From: Camelus ferus
Lineage: Eukaryota
DNA length: 64,000 nucleotides
Assembly: GCF_009834535.1 (NCBI RefSeq)
Contig: NC_045697.1
Location: 72,914,001-72,978,000, forward strand
Direction: 5' to 3'
The position numbers and the translations under genes are program-made. Below, in pieces: positions 1 to 13,599 of this stretch. The notes under the pieces are model-generated. The model had not been told where the DNA came from, ran no database searches, and saw nothing but the letters and a program-made list of their open reading frames with translations. Every line of letters begins with the position of its first letter. Within the stretch, counting starts at the first letter, position 1.

Positions 1-580
1 AATAAAACAACTCAAGTATCATTTTATATATACTACTATAAAATGGGGGAAAATAATTATTCTTTAGTATTAAATATGGATTAAATAACATGAACACAAA
101 GGATTACTATGAATCATTAGAGATAGCTGGTGAAAAAAAAGGAGCATAGGGCACTGAAAGGATTTTGAATTGTAAATTGACTTGGCCCTTTGGCATAACA
201 CAATATTAGTCTATTGATAATAGTGAATAAGCAAAATAATAATTTAGTATAATAATTATAATAAGTCATAATTTAAAGAACTTAAGAATTTAATGAACTC
301 CAGCTAATGCTTTGTTAGGTGCTGCTAAATTAGAAATTTTTTTTATTATCTCCAATAAATATAAAGTTATTGGCATAATTACTGTTTTCTTACAGACATT
401 GAATACAATTTAAATAACTACAGAGTTCTGACTGGTAGTTCTCCAAGTCTTTTTGATTTGTCTTTTTCATTGTCAAAAGAGACAGCAAGTTTTTATTGTT
501 CCCAGAAGAGTAAATATTTCCAAAGGTAATGATGAGGAAATCATTTTTGTTCAATTGTATCAATTCGGTATGAGTCTTAC

Positions 581-637
581 AATGCATTCATTTGTTGAAG
601 TATTGCATCCATTCAGCTGGTATTCATTAAATGTCTC
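581..637 (-). pseudogene. Exon remnant, 57 nt, ETFNEYQLNGCNTSTNECI
   Basis: ccacacag acceptor, gtaaga donor, open in phase 0. A second candidate at 394-469 has a gtaaga donor and a cag>caa acceptor. Confidence 0.5.
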
Positions 638-1224
638 CTGTGTGGTGTGGTAGATACAGTTCAAAACATAGTAATATCTACCTCTTAAAACAAGAAAGAT
701 AAGCAGTCACATTGGGAGGATTATCACATTAGACAGGTGTAAGGTTGAGTTGGGGAATAGTCTATGACTGCTACAGAAAGGGTAAAACACATTTCATGAT
801 ATCAAAATTCTGGGCAAAGATTTTAGGGAATTTTTCTTCTAAAAGTTTCAAACAAAAAAGCAGGATATTTTAAACTTTAGATTATGTAAGTGCTACAAAG
901 CAGTGTTAGAATTACAAATAAAACATGAATTGACATTGCCATGTACTTAGCATAACATTAAAATGCACAAACATAGAAATTGTTTCTAAAAGATACTTCA
1001 TAAGATTCATAAATGATTTTCCATTGATTTTATAATCGTTTTGTTTTTATCACAAAGGCTCTTTTCTATAAGAAAAGTTTCCATTTGTATTTCACTTTTA
1101 AGAGTTTTACTTTGATTTAATATCATAAATTTATAAATTATGCTTTATAATATATTCTATAATTAGGGAGGGAGGGTTGTGTGGAGGAAGATAGGTACAT
1201 AGCTTTAGTTACTAATTTGTTTTT

Positions 1225-1849
1225 GTTTATTTTATTTTTTATTAAAGTATAGTCAGTTTACAATGTTGTGTCAATTTCTGATGTACAGTGTAATATTCAG
1301 TCATACATATATTCATTTTCATATTCTTTTTCATTATGGGTTACTACAAGGTATTGAATATAGTTCCCTGTGCTGTACAGTATAAACTTGTTGATCCGTT
1401 TTATACATAGTAGTTCGTATCTGCAAATCTCAAACTCCCAGTTTATCCCTTCCCACCCCCTTGCCCTTTGGTAACCATAAGTTTGTTCTCTATGCCTGTG
1501 AGTCTGCTTTTGTTTTGTAAGTAATTTCATTTGCCTTTTTTTTTTGTTTAGATTCCACATATGAGTGATATCATATGGTATTTTTCTTTCCCTTACTTCA
1601 CTTAGAATGACAATCTCCAGGTCCATCTATGTTGCTGCAAATGGCATTATTTTATTCTTTGTATGGCTAAGTAGTATTGCATGGTATAAGTATACCACAA
1701 CTTCTTTATCCAGTCATCTGTTGATGGACATTTAGCTTGTTTCCATGTTTTGGCTATTGTAAATAGTGCTGCTATGGACATTGGGGTGCATGTATCTTTT
1801 CGAATTTAAGTTCCCTCTGGATATATGCTCAGGAGTGGGATTTCTGCAT
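1225..1849 (-). mobile_element. 5'-truncated LINE-1 (ORF2 end + 3'UTR)
   Basis: ORF track MDLEIVILSEV..KIPYDITHMWNL is an L1 3' end; T-rich tail; 13-bp TSD ctaatttgttttt at 1212-1224 and 1850-1862. Confidence 0.92.
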
Positions 1850-1949
1850 CTAATTTGTTTTTAAAGCACCATTACTTTAACAATTGCTTCATGGTTATTA
1901 ATGTTCCTTGATATTTGTGAACAAAAAATGGTTTTATGATAATGGAAGT

Positions 1950-2370
1950 CACTGATAGTTGCTTATCCAATACCCAGTATTCCTACATTCTTTATTCATG
2001 GAAGCCCAATTTTAATTGCAACAGCAATATGATCAGACAAAAGTCATATTTCAACCTCTTTTAAGCTAGGATAAGTTGTCAGTTCTGGTCAATGCAAACT
2101 CAGTGGAATCTTGCTAGTGACCTCTGAAAAAGTTTGGCATTTCCTTCTTCTTTTTCCAAAATTCAAATGAGAGGGTGAAACTGTCCACCATCTTGGTAAT
2201 ATGAGGTGATTATGAGAGTAGTAGAGCAGAAGTTAGAACAAGTTGAAGACTTTGATGCTTTATAGATCTACTAAGTCCACCATAGGTGGAACTTCATGTT
2301 TGTGAAAAATATTAGCTAAAGGCACTGTAGTTGAGTCTTTTTTAAATGCAGCTGAACTCATGCAATGACC
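1950..2370. mobile_element. Old MaLR/ERVL-type LTR relic
   Basis: Resembles the MLT1-like sequence at 20100-20370; boundaries approximate. Confidence 0.45.
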
Positions 2371-2841
2371 AAATAAAGAGTTTTGTTACTATAAAGTCTG
2401 CATGTTAAGTTCTAGTAGTTCTTAGAAAGATTTTTGGCCAAAGAATCCTTTAATTCACAGAATAATTATCAATATAGCAGTAGACAGTAGTGAAACCAAT
2501 TTGCAATATTATGACATTATCATGATTTTAAAAAATTTAAATTTCTGTTTTCTTGCTACCATACTATATTGCCTCCAGGAAAATCATGGTATAATAATAC
2601 ACAGTACTTTCATTACTGCTGTACTATGCTGTGCTTAAAATATTAAGGTTAACTAAATAAAACAATCTGAATTCAAATAGGATAGGTTAGAAAATAAGCT
2701 ACTGAGAGTGTACAGTTTTAGTATAGATCTGAAGAAAGAACTTTATCGCTATTAACTCAAGGAAGAATCAAAAAACGGGATTTTGCTTTACCAATAAGAA
2801 ATGGTGGTTGAGTAATTATGTATTAACATATATATATTAAC

Positions 2842-2886
<45 letters not shown>
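2842..2886. repeat. (TG)n microsatellite
   Basis: Directly visible. Confidence 0.97.
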
Positions 2887-2888
<2 letters not shown>

Positions 2889-3603
2889 ACACCCTATGTG
2901 TTGTATTTAGAATATGGAGACTAAAATACTTGTTTAAATGCATTCAGATCTATCAGGACACAAAGACCCAATAAAAATTACAATTCACCAGGAATAATAC
3001 TATAATAGAAGTTTGCACTGGGGAGTTAAGGAGCAAAGGAGACAGGAAATTACTAACTCTTGGGGAAGTTCTCCTTAGGAAGGTAAAAGTGGAGCTGAAG
3101 TTTGAAAATTACTGGAATTTCCCTGGATAAGTAATGAAAAGAGTTATTCCCAGTGGAATAAACATGGTGAGTACAAAACCACAGAGGTGAGAGAGTATTA
3201 CTGGAGCACAGAGTGTGTGATGGAAAGTAGTTTGATCTGAGATTATGTGAACTAGGGTCAGATCCATGAAAGGCCTTGTATCTCATGGTAAGAGCTTTGA
3301 CCTGTATACTAAAAAAGGCACTGGGGAACCATTGACAAGAAACTTAAGAGGTGAGGTGATGCAATTAAATATATGTTTTTAATAATTTTAGGAAACTAAT
3401 AATTGTAATAGAGGAGGCAGAGTGGTAGGGAGTGCTGGAAGGAAGTTAGAAGGAGAAAGATTAGGTAGGAAATTTTCTTTAAATTATTTAGCTAACACAT
3501 ACAAACTAAATTATCAGTTAATTTGTATTCTACAAATCCTAATAAACAGTGAGATTACAGAGATGTCACAAAAAGAATACGAAAAATAAGATTTTTATGA
3601 TAC

Positions 3604-4021
3604 CTATAAAATGTTGTAAAACACTTAAAAGAAAGCTCTTGAATTGTTTAAAACTGGTAAAGAAAGATGGTGTGATATCTGAATTTGTAGTTTCATCAGC
3701 TGAAGATTTTGTATGTTTTCCTTCTTCAAGTATCCTTGAAATGAAGAAGGGGGTATTAAAATATTCACCTTCAGTGTATGATATATCTATAATCCATGAT
3801 ATGCTTGTGGTGTCTTTGAAGTCTGTGATATGGTAAATGGTGGCTGAATTATGATTATTCATTTGATTTTTTTCCCCACCATATTCTAAATGGTTTCAAT
3901 TCGTTTATTATGAGTACTACCTCTCTGCCATTATTTCAATAGTTTAATTGTATGAGCAGTTATTAAATGAGCAAAGGTGCATCATAAATTCTGTGTACTT
4001 TCTCAGGGGCTTCATTCATAT
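3604..4021 (-). pseudogene. Large exon remnant: DMNEAPEKVHRIYDAP..(disrupted)..EYGGEKNQMNNHNSATIYHITDFKD...FFTSFKQFKSFLLSVLQHFIG
   Basis: tattttcag acceptor, ATAG|gtatca donor. The last 282 nt (3604-3885) are an open frame despite high AT content; the first ~135 nt contain stops and a frameshift. Confidence 0.6.
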
Positions 4022-4308
4022 CTGAAAATATTAATTAAAAACTAAGGAAATAAGCTGCATTAATTTATATAAACATTAAATAATAGACCTAGGTTTTCTA
4101 TATATTACTAGATAATAATGTGATTTCTCTATGAGTAAATTATCACTTCAGAGGTCAAGTATAATACTGATTTTTGGAAGTAAAATAGAACACAGCAGAG
4201 AAAAATAATTATATAGAATATTCAATTTATTTATATTTATATAGAGTTGTGCCAATGCTTCCTGCAATCAGAAATTAACATCTATTTCGATGAATGTAAT
4301 GCACCAAC

Positions 4309-4352
4309 CAGGTATAGGTGCTTTGGGGATAAACTACTTGAAGGATTGAAAT
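4309..4352 (-). pseudogene. Exon remnant, 44 nt, FQSFK*FIPKAPIP (phase 2 to 1)
   Basis: tttctcctag acceptor, CTG|gttggt donor; phases fit both neighbouring exons. Confidence 0.5.
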
Positions 4353-5329
4353 CTAGGAGAAACATATGTGGTCAATATTCTTCAATATAAAAAAATAAAG
4401 GATATATTTTCAGTTTTTCTGGTTTCTGCAAGGTCATATGTATTGCATTGTACCTGAGTGTTAGCTACTTGGAGAGAACAGTATTATCTTGTTAAAGCAT
4501 TGGATATATATTAGATGGTCTCATTCCTTGAGAAGTTCAGAGTATAATGGACAGAATGAACAGCAAATTGACATGAACAGCAAAGATTTTGTTTTGTGAG
4601 AGGTGTTATGTTTGGGTTATGCAGATAATGCTTTGGAAACATTAAGGAAGGGAATTTCATTCAGACTTGGAAAAGGAAATTCTTTCTAAAGAATTTGACA
4701 TTAGGAAGATGAGTAGTACTAACTTGGGAGTGAGTTCGTGGAAAAGTTATTCAGGGAGAGAAACTACCTTATTTAAAGTCATAGACCCATGAAATGGGAT
4801 GGTTTCTCTCTCTTAGAGAGAAGGCTGCACGTGGAGGGTTAAAGCTAGAAAATGTAGGAATGAATCAGATCATCATATGTCTTATGTGCTACAGGGTATA
4901 ATTGAAGGCTTTTAAGAAACACAACATAATGATAAAGCTTTTGTCGCTGAGTAGAGAATAACTGGAGAAGAATGAGCCTGAAGACAGGGCCTTCTGTGCT
5001 TAACTAGACTGATGCAGTGACTCACATGGGAAGCCTTAGACAACAAAATTGAAGCTCTTAGCTCTTAATTTTGGGGGGTCCTGAACTCCTTTGAGAATCT
5101 GATGACTGCACTACACTCTGGCATTGCATATTCACATATATTTGCAATAAGATGGAAAATATTATTCAACACACTTCAGAGGTTGCTCTTAAGAGGAAAA
5201 ATAAAGTTGTAGTGGAGACTACACAGCACATCTTTGAAGATTTTAGGCTTCTTAGTCATGTGTATAATGGCAGTGTGTGGGAAGCTTATTGGTACTAAAC
5301 TGTATATGAATGGCATGACAAAAAGGGAC

Positions 5330-5990
5330 TATGTAGAGAATGAAATTATTTCTATCGAAATATATTTAACAACTGAATTCAATAAAGGAAATGTCAGAGG
5401 ATTTGAAATTACTAAACTTTATCTTAGAAGACAAAATAAATAAATGGATCAATTACCAATGACTTTAGGAAAATTTTAAAGGCAAAGAGATTTCTGAAAT
5501 AAATATCCACCCTTTTCTCCTCCCAAAATAAGCATACACAAAAAGCTTCACAGGGGAATTCTATAAAAAATTGATAACTAAAATATGAATGAAATACCTA
5601 TAGAGCATAAAGAAGAAATCTCCCACATTGTTTTCATATAGGAAGCATAATATTCATACAAAAAACTGACAAAAAATAGTTCAAAAAAAGAAAATTACAG
5701 ATCAGTCTCAACATGAATATTGATACAAAATCCTAAAAATATATCTTAGGAACATAATCCATAGTAATACAACTTGCACAAGGGGGATTTATTCCAGAAA
5801 TGAAAAGGCAGTTCCAGAATTAATAATATAAATATACCTAAAGAGAAAAATTATACAATCTCATGCAATCATGTCTACATATACCAAAAGACATTTGATT
5901 GAACATCTATTTTTGATAAATTATTTAAGTAAAGAGATATGTATATATCTCATCCTACATGCCAACATTATTCTTAATGTAAAAATTTCT
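5330..5990 (+). mobile_element. Old degenerate LINE-1 ORF2 fragment
   Basis: gaaaattacagatcagtctcaacatgaatattgatacaaaatcc matches the ENYRPISLMNIDAKIL motif of L1 reverse transcriptase. Confidence 0.8.
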
Positions 5991-6012
5991 AGCTTCTTAT
6001 TTTTTTATTCAC

Positions 6013-6123
6013 CATGATGTAATCACCACTCCTGCTAAGTTGTTGACACAAAAGGAAAAATTTAAATCTATTGATTCCATGGTGGAGAAGAATAGGGAAA
6101 CAAAACCAACATCAGTACTTCTA
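6013..6123 (-). pseudogene. Exon remnant, 111 nt, RSTDVGFVSLFFSTMESIDLNFSFCVNNLAGVVITS
   Basis: tttgtttgcttccag acceptor, ATG|gtgaat donor, open in phase 2; the junction codon with the next exon is TG|A. Confidence 0.5.
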
Positions 6124-6916
6124 CTGGAAGCAAACAAATTATAATATATTGTAAATATATAGCTGTTAAGCTTTGTTACAAAGAAGTTCCTAGCATCTTT
6201 GTTCTGGTATAATTTTCCACTGAAGATTTGTTTTGGTTGTTTCATTTTAAAAATTTGTTAACATTACAAATTACAGTCATGTTTTCTCACATTTCCATAT
6301 ACATGTACACGTATGTTTGTATCCTTCTCTAACTTTGTCCCTTACCTTGTTCTTCTCTCTTCATAATTTAACTAAAATTGAATACTTATTTTGCAACTAT
6401 TTAACACATGTCAGCTATTATAGATTATGTTAAGAAGATGTTTGAATATAAATTTTTAGTTTTTTTCTGTTTTTACCTTAGTTTTAATTATTTTTCACAG
6501 AATTGAGTCAGAATTCTGAATATCTTTAAGGATCTTGATATATATTATTAAATTGCTTTTCAGAAAATTTACATGAGTTTATATATCTACCAGTCATATA
6601 TGAAAATGTCTGCTTCACTTCATCCTCAATTATAGAATTCATTAAATGTAAGTGCCTATTCTGTCTCCAGTACCTCATGAGACTCCTAAAAGTTTACACA
6701 AAGTATCAAATATTTTTATCAGCTCTATGCAAATGTGCCAGGGACATAGTAGGAAGCAGTACAAATTTATGTAAACTGAATATCAACAATCTTATTCTTT
6801 CATACCTAATAAAGTTAGAGGTAGTGTCAGTGTGATTGGGTAAATCAAACTTATAATGCTTCTGAATTAACTTGGTGTTTAATGTTTAGAATGATTCATT
6901 TAAGAATTGATGTTTA

Positions 6917-9523
6917 GGAGAGATCAAGATGGCAGAGTAGGATGACACTGGACTTACCTCCCTTCACTAAAACATCAAAACTACCACAAAATATAGAAAG
7001 ACTCTCACTAAAATTGACTTAGGGACTAGCAGAACAGCTCTTCTACAACCAAGGCTGTAACAAAATGTCCGCACAGACTCTGCTAAGAAGAGAGAAGTGA
7101 TCTGATCAGGACCCTCACCCCTAGTTGGGGACACAGAACAGGAAGGGGATATCAGAGGCTAGAGGGTCCTCCCTGGGGAGCAGGGGGTTCAAATCACATA
7201 TTAGGCATCCCAGCCCTGGGGTCTGACACTGGGAAGATGAGCTCCCTTAGCTGATTTGAAAACCAGTGGGGCTTACTATAGGGCTGTAGGAAACCAAGGC
7301 TCTGCTCTTGAAGACTGCACATACAGACTTGCTTATTCCCAGTCACAGAGTAGAGGCAGCAGATTGAAAACTACCTGGGACTCTGGCCATCTTGCCAGGA
7401 CTGCCCCAGTGTACACTGGGCTCCTGCTTGAACCCCTCTTGCTGTCATGCTGCTCCCCACTAAGGGGGAGGCTACCATTGTCAATAAGAGTGTGCACACT
7501 TAGAGGAAGTGGAGCCAGCTTGGACCCGTGCCTTACCTCTGACCAGGGTGGGGGCAACCATTGCCAGCTTACGTGTCCCTGCACACACTCTAGAGGGAGT
7601 GAAGCTAGCTCCATGGCAGAGACTGCCATCACCAGAGCAGGCATAACTTTACACACTTGGGAGAGGGTGGGGCCAGCTCCATCGTGTGGCACCAACCCCT
7701 CTGGCCTGATCCAGCCTCTAACTAAGACATGCACAACAGGGAAAAGTGAAACAAGCACAGAAATGAATCCCCAAGGCTCTCACTATGCCCCAAATTCGTC
7801 ATACCCCAAGGCAAAGATAGCCTTTACACCTGGGAGAAACTCATACTACCTCAGGACTCCCTGCTCCCCGACCTGTCTGACAATAGGATAGTGATGGCCA
7901 TTGAGCATAGGAGAAACCCCAGCTTGTGCCTGGCTCTGGCCTTAACCCCTCAAACTTCAACCCTACCTCCCACCAAGAAGGTGGCTTCCAGCACACCCTG
8001 GGAGAAGATGTAGCCCATCCTCATGTTAGGTCCAGCTCTTCCACCAAAGCCGCTGGGCACACACAGACTGCGTAGGAACACTCCCACACAAGAACGTACC
8101 TTCAAAACTGGGTTAGGTAACTGTTTTACCTAATTTCATAAAGTTAAATTTAAACAAAATGAGAAGACAGATGAATATATTGCAAAAGAACAAAAGAACA
8201 AGGTAAAAACTGAAAAACCCTAAAGAAACAGATATGAATAATTTACCTGAAAAATAATTCAAAGCAATACTAATAAGAATGCCAACTGAACTGTGGAAAA
8301 AAACAGATGAACACAGTGAGAAATTTTACAGCCCCCCCCCAAACCTAGAAAATATAGAAAAGAACCAGTCAGAGCTGAAGAGCACAATAACTGAAAAGAA
8401 AACACACTAGAGGAAATTAACAGCAGATTTGGTGATACAGAAGAATGCATAAGTGATCTGGAAGGGAGAATAATGGAAATTCCCCCTACAAGAATGGGGA
8501 GAAGAAAAACCCATTTTAAAAAATGAGGCTAGTTTAAGGGATCTCTGAGACAACACTGTGTCCTAACATTTGCATTATAGGGGCCCCAGAAGGAAAAGAG
8601 AGAGAAAGGGATAGAAAATGTATTTGATGTAATTATAGCTGAAAACTTCCAAAACCTGAAGAAGGAAACAGTTATCCAGGTACAAGACGCAAAGAGAATT
8701 TCAACCAAGATGAACACAGAGACCTACACCAATATATATCATAACTAAAATGGCAAAAGTTTAAGAGAGAATTGTAAAGGCAGCAAGAGAGAAACAGTCA
8801 TATGCAAGGGAACTCCCATAAAAATATCAGCTGATTTTTCAGCAGAAATTTTACAGATCAGAAGAGAGTGGAATGATACACTTCAAGTGCTAAGAGGGAA
8901 AAATGTATAAACTAGGATACTCCACCCAGCAAAGTTATCATTCAGAATTGAAAGAAAGACAAAGAGCTTCACAGACAAACACAAACTAGGAGTTCATCAA
9001 TATTAAACCAACCTTACAACAGTGTTAAGGGTCTTCTTTAAATGGAAAGGAAAAGGCTACAATAGAAATAAGAAATTATAGGGAGGAAAAAATCCCATTG
9101 GTAAAGGCAACTATATGGTAAAGGCTGTGGGTCAACCACTTAATCTAGCATGAAGGTTAAAAGACAAAAATTATAAAATCAATTATAACTACAATAAACA
9201 GTTAAGGGATGGACATGAAAACATAAATTATGGCATAAAAACAAACACAAGAAAGCAGGAAAACAATCCTATTTAAAATCACATTAAAAAGAATAAAATA
9301 CCTAGGAATAAACTTAATCAAGGAGGTGAAAAATATTTACTGTGAAAATCCTGAAGATGTTGATGAAGGAAATTGAAGATGATGAAAAGAAACGGAAAGC
9401 TATCACATATTCATACATTGGAAGAATTAATGTTGTTAAAATGTCCATACTACTACTCAAAGCAATCTACTGAATTAATGCAATCACTATCAAAATACTC
9501 ATGACATTTTTCACAGAACTAGG
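6917..9523 (+). mobile_element. LINE-1 with 5'UTR and decayed ORF1, internally deleted, ending within ORF2 RT region
   Basis: Begins ggagagatcaagatggcagagtagg (typical L1 5' end); GC-richer 5'UTR to ~8150; ORF1-like sequence ~8159-9050; at ~9250 it jumps to aaaatacctaggaataaacttaatcaaggaggtg (KYLGINL motif of ORF2). Confidence 0.9.
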
Positions 9524-9625
9524 AGATTTTCATAGATTATGAATATTAATTTAGGCTGCAAATATTTTCCAATGTGCTCATTTGTCCATTAACTTTGTGC
9601 TGTCTTTGTTATAGTGAAGGTTTTT

Positions 9626-9751
9626 TTTTTATTGAGTTATAGTCAGTTTACAATGTTGTATCAATTTCCAGCGTAGAGTGCAATTTTTCAGTCATACATG
9701 AACATATATATATTCATTGTCACATTCTTTTTCACTGTGAGCTACCACAAG
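9626..9751 (-). mobile_element. Very short young LINE-1 3' end
   Basis: Matches the 3'UTR of the copies at 33.6 kb and 49.7 kb; 16-bp TSD tatagtgaaggttttt at 9610-9625 and 9752-9767. Confidence 0.92.
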
Positions 9752-10081
9752 TATAGTGAAGGTTTTTAATGTTTTAGCAGTCAAATTTGACAGTTTTTCT
9801 TTTGATGATGTTGAATTTTGTCCTAGGAAGAAATTCTCTGTCTTAAGGTATTTTTCTTGAATGCTTTTATAGTTTATGTGTGTGTGTGTGTGTGTTTAAT
9901 GTACATTTGTAGTTTGTCTAAAATGTGATAAATGCCTTGAGATAGAAATCTAATGTTGTTTTTCCAAGTGGACAGCCACCTGTCCCACAACTGTTTGTAA
10001 AATAGTGTCAACTTTCACATACAAAAAATAAATGTTCCATTTCTCTTACATTAAATTCTCACATTAACAGAAAGCAGTGTC

Positions 10082-10228
10082 AGAGAAGGGTGTAGCTCAA
10101 GTGGTACAGTGCATGCTTAGCATTTGCAAGGTCCTGGGTTCAATCCCTAGTACCTCCTCTAAAAATAAATAAATAAATAGACAAATAAATGGGCCTAATT
10201 ACCTCCCCACCAAAGCAAACAAAAAACC
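10082..10228 (+). mobile_element. tRNA-derived SINE (camelid vic-1-like)
   Basis: A box tagctcaagtgg, B box ggttcaatccc, (AAAT)n linker, ctaattacctcccc tail; imperfect TSD cagaaaNNNgtgt. Confidence 0.9.
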
Positions 10229-10785
10229 AGAAATCTGTGTTCACCATTCTAATCCATTGATCCCCTTTGTATTTCTGTGTCAAAACCACATGCATATGTT
10301 TATAATAACCTAGTAGTTACTTCACTGCTCTATTATTCTTAATTGTCTAAATTAGCTGTTCCTGAACATTTTTTTCAAACTAACTGTAGAATTCATTTTC
10401 AGGTTCCATGAGGAATCCTTTGAGGTTTTGTTTGGAATTGTATTTAGAGGAAATAATCCACTTATAATATCAAATTTTCCCATAGAGAAACACAAGAAAT
10501 CTCTGCATTTATTTGTGATTTCTTTTATATCTCTAAATAAAACTTCATAGTTTTGTTTTACGGGGGCTGTTGTTTGATCTTAACATTTTCAGTAAGTTTA
10601 TTACTTGCATTTCTGTAATTTCATTTTTGTGAATTCATAAAGGCAAGAGGAAAACTTTCTTTGTTAGTTGACTAGCTTGAATTAGAAAGCCTATTACATT
10701 TCTTTGAAAAATGGAATAAAAATATTCACCTTCCCAGGATTTTTTAATGATTAAGTGAGATGATATATGAAAACACTTTCCCTAC

Positions 10786-10854
10786 CTGAAGGGTTAGGTA
10801 AGTATAAGGTGATATTACTGTGAGTATTTGAAGGACCAGGGCTAGGCCTTGGGT
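10786..10854 (-). pseudogene. Exon remnant, 69 nt, PRPSPGPSNTHSNITLYLPNPS; acceptor reads AC instead of AG
   Basis: CAG|gtaggg donor; tatttccatac at the acceptor position; open in phase 1 to 1. Confidence 0.4.
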
Positions 10855-13599
10855 GTATGGAAATAATACGTATTGTATATTAATATATACAGTATGTAGC
10901 ATTTTAATTTTGATTGAACTTCTCTGCATTTGAACAGGTCCTATTTCTTAATGATTTCTCTCTTTATTTCCCATATTAAAGATAATAAGTAGGAGTCTAA
11001 AGATTCTAAATATTATGTTGAGCTTAGAAATAAATAATAAGTGTTAATTTATACTATTTGTTTGTCAGAAAAGTCAATTTTATCAATTAGGAATATGGCT
11101 TGAACTAACTGAAAGACACAAATGATGGATCCTGTTATGTTTTTCTCACATGAGAGAAATTTAAATGTGGGCACTTGCTAATGCTGACCTCTCCACTAGA
11201 TAATTCCATAAGGAGACCTAGATCATCTCTATCTTTATGCTCTGCCATTCTTGTACGATGATCTCTATTCAGTACCAAGGTGAATGCTACACCTATAGAC
11301 TTCATGTTCTCATTCAAGGCAAAAATATGCCACCCCAAAATATAAATCAAGCAGTAATTCAAGTGGCATCTGTATACTTTTATCAGAAAAGTAATAGCCT
11401 TCTCACTGGAATCTTTCTTTGTGCAAAGCTATGTTATATGTACAACTCTAGGTTTGAAAGAAGACTGAGAAATGAAGTTTAGCTTTGCTAGTCTTGTGAT
11501 AGAGACAGGCTAGGGTGAAGAGGTTTAAAGGGTTTCATAATGTGTTTTGGATCAACCACTATACATTTCCAACCAAATAAATCTGAGAAGAAATGAGCTG
11601 AAAAATCAAGATGTTCATTGACTTATGATTTATTGTTACAAATGATATTTATTTTGATTATTTTAAATGTACCCTTGTTCTCAGTAGGTCAAATTACTAC
11701 ACACAGAGAGCTTTATGACATTTTTCAAAGAATCCCAGATAAATAAAACTTTTTTTTAAAATGTAGAAGCAACATGGGCCATCATGAATCACTTATTAGT
11801 ACACAATTTCCACAATTTCTTCTTCTCTCAGGCATGACTCATCATTGAAGCTGGGAAGTATTTTTATCTGTTAAGAGTAAACTGAATTATACAAAGGATG
11901 GAAATAAAAAGCACACACATAAATAGGTTTTAATGGATAGTTATGAGAATATTCTAATACTAAGTAATAACCAAAATGAGGGAAATTGGAATAAATGTGC
12001 AGTGTCTACTATCTGACAGGCAGTATCGTGGGCACAGTGGATAAATTCTTTAGCAGTGTAGATACAATCCTGCTCTCATATAGCGTATTGTTCAGTAGAA
12101 CAAATAGAGGAGTAGTTCTGTTTTAGAAATTTACATGCATGATATATAATCAAGGCCAAACTGTCATGCAGGCATCATTAGTCTCCTTTTTTTTTTAAAG
12201 GGAAAAAATGAGGCTTAGGGCTAAAAGTGACTTAAACAATGATGCAGCATTTGTAAAGGATCAAATATGAGTCAAATAAACCTGAACATAAATTTACTAC
12301 ATTCTTCTACACTGCTACCCAGTACTAAGTTTCTATTACACAAAAATTTGGTTATTTATATTTTACTGAACTGAAATGTTTTCAGTCCATAACAAATGCA
12401 CTACGTATCAGCCAACAAGTCTAAGTCCTATCTCGTAAGCTCTCTGGATCTTGACTTTGTCATTTGTAAATCAGGTAATAACTTCCCAATTAAAATTGCT
12501 ATAAAGTTTTAACCATAAATACATATGAAAGCCTTCATTGTAGTACCTAGGAGAACGTGATTGTTCATAAAATGACAGCTAGTTTATGATTCACAATGAG
12601 ATTGTAAACCCTATAGAGGTAATGACTTAGTTCTTTTCAACAAGAACATAGATATAATCATGAATGTAACAAGGGCTCTATAAATATGTGAGGCTGACTG
12701 TTTAGTGTTTAGAAAGAGTAAGCCAACATTCTGTTAAATTTAAACAAATCACAATTTTTCTCCCATATCAAGATTCTATCACTAATAATCCAATTTAGAG
12801 TAAAGCAGCGATGACCAATTATTTACTGCTTATACAACTCGGAAAGAAAGGAAGACAGCTGTTGTCTTAAAGAATGCGTAAATATTGACACTCTCATTCT
12901 GATTGCGGTAGCGTTAAAATGGGCATCATATGAAAAGCTTTAAGTGGTGCAATTTTTTTTGATACAACAATTACAATTTTAGGAGTTTATCCTAAAGGTA
13001 TTATCATAAATTCCATAAAATAATTAAGATATGAGAATGTTCATTATAAGTGTTTATAATAGTAATACTCTAGACTAGTTAACAGTTTATGGCCCTTCCA
13101 CCCACACACAATATTAATATGCAGCCATTAAGAGAAATTATCTTAGCAAATAATAATAGGGGAATTTTTCAAATCTATTATTAAATTAACAAGCATACTT
13201 ATTCAACTCCGCAGGCACTATAGGGGTCATGGCTGTATTTGTGTAAGTCAAGAATTTTATCAACAAAAATATGTCACATTGAGAACCTGTAGTTTCCTCT
13301 TGCTGCCATAACAAACTTCTCAAAACAGAGTAAATTAAAGTAATTCAACTTTAATCACAGTATAGTTTTGGAGGCCGCAAGTTGAGCCAGTCTTACGTTT
13401 CTGGGGAAAATCTCACTAGTTTATGATTTTTAATCCTTTTTATATGTAGCTAGATTTGGTTTGGGGGCATTTTGTTGAGGATTTTTGTGTCTGTATTCGT
13501 AAGAGAGATTGTTCTGTTGTTTCTTTGTTATATTTTTCCCTAGTTTTGGCTTCAGGTTAATTCTGGCCTCATGGAATGAGTTGTTAAGTATAATAAAAG

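Noticed and set aside
7256..7891. Longest ORF (211 aa, +) and overlapping 141-aa antisense ORF; considered as an ORF0-like gene
   Set aside because: Both lie in the GC-richer L1 5'UTR, begin with TTG or GTG rather than ATG, and show no recognisable domain
10085..10156. tRNA-like sequence (also at about 32095-32165 and 47075-47146)
   Set aside because: Followed by SINE linker and tail and flanked by TSDs, so these are SINE heads and not tRNA genes
10730..10750. Possible second 21-nt microexon (IKKSWE)
   Set aside because: No AG acceptor and only about 35 nt from the upstream donor
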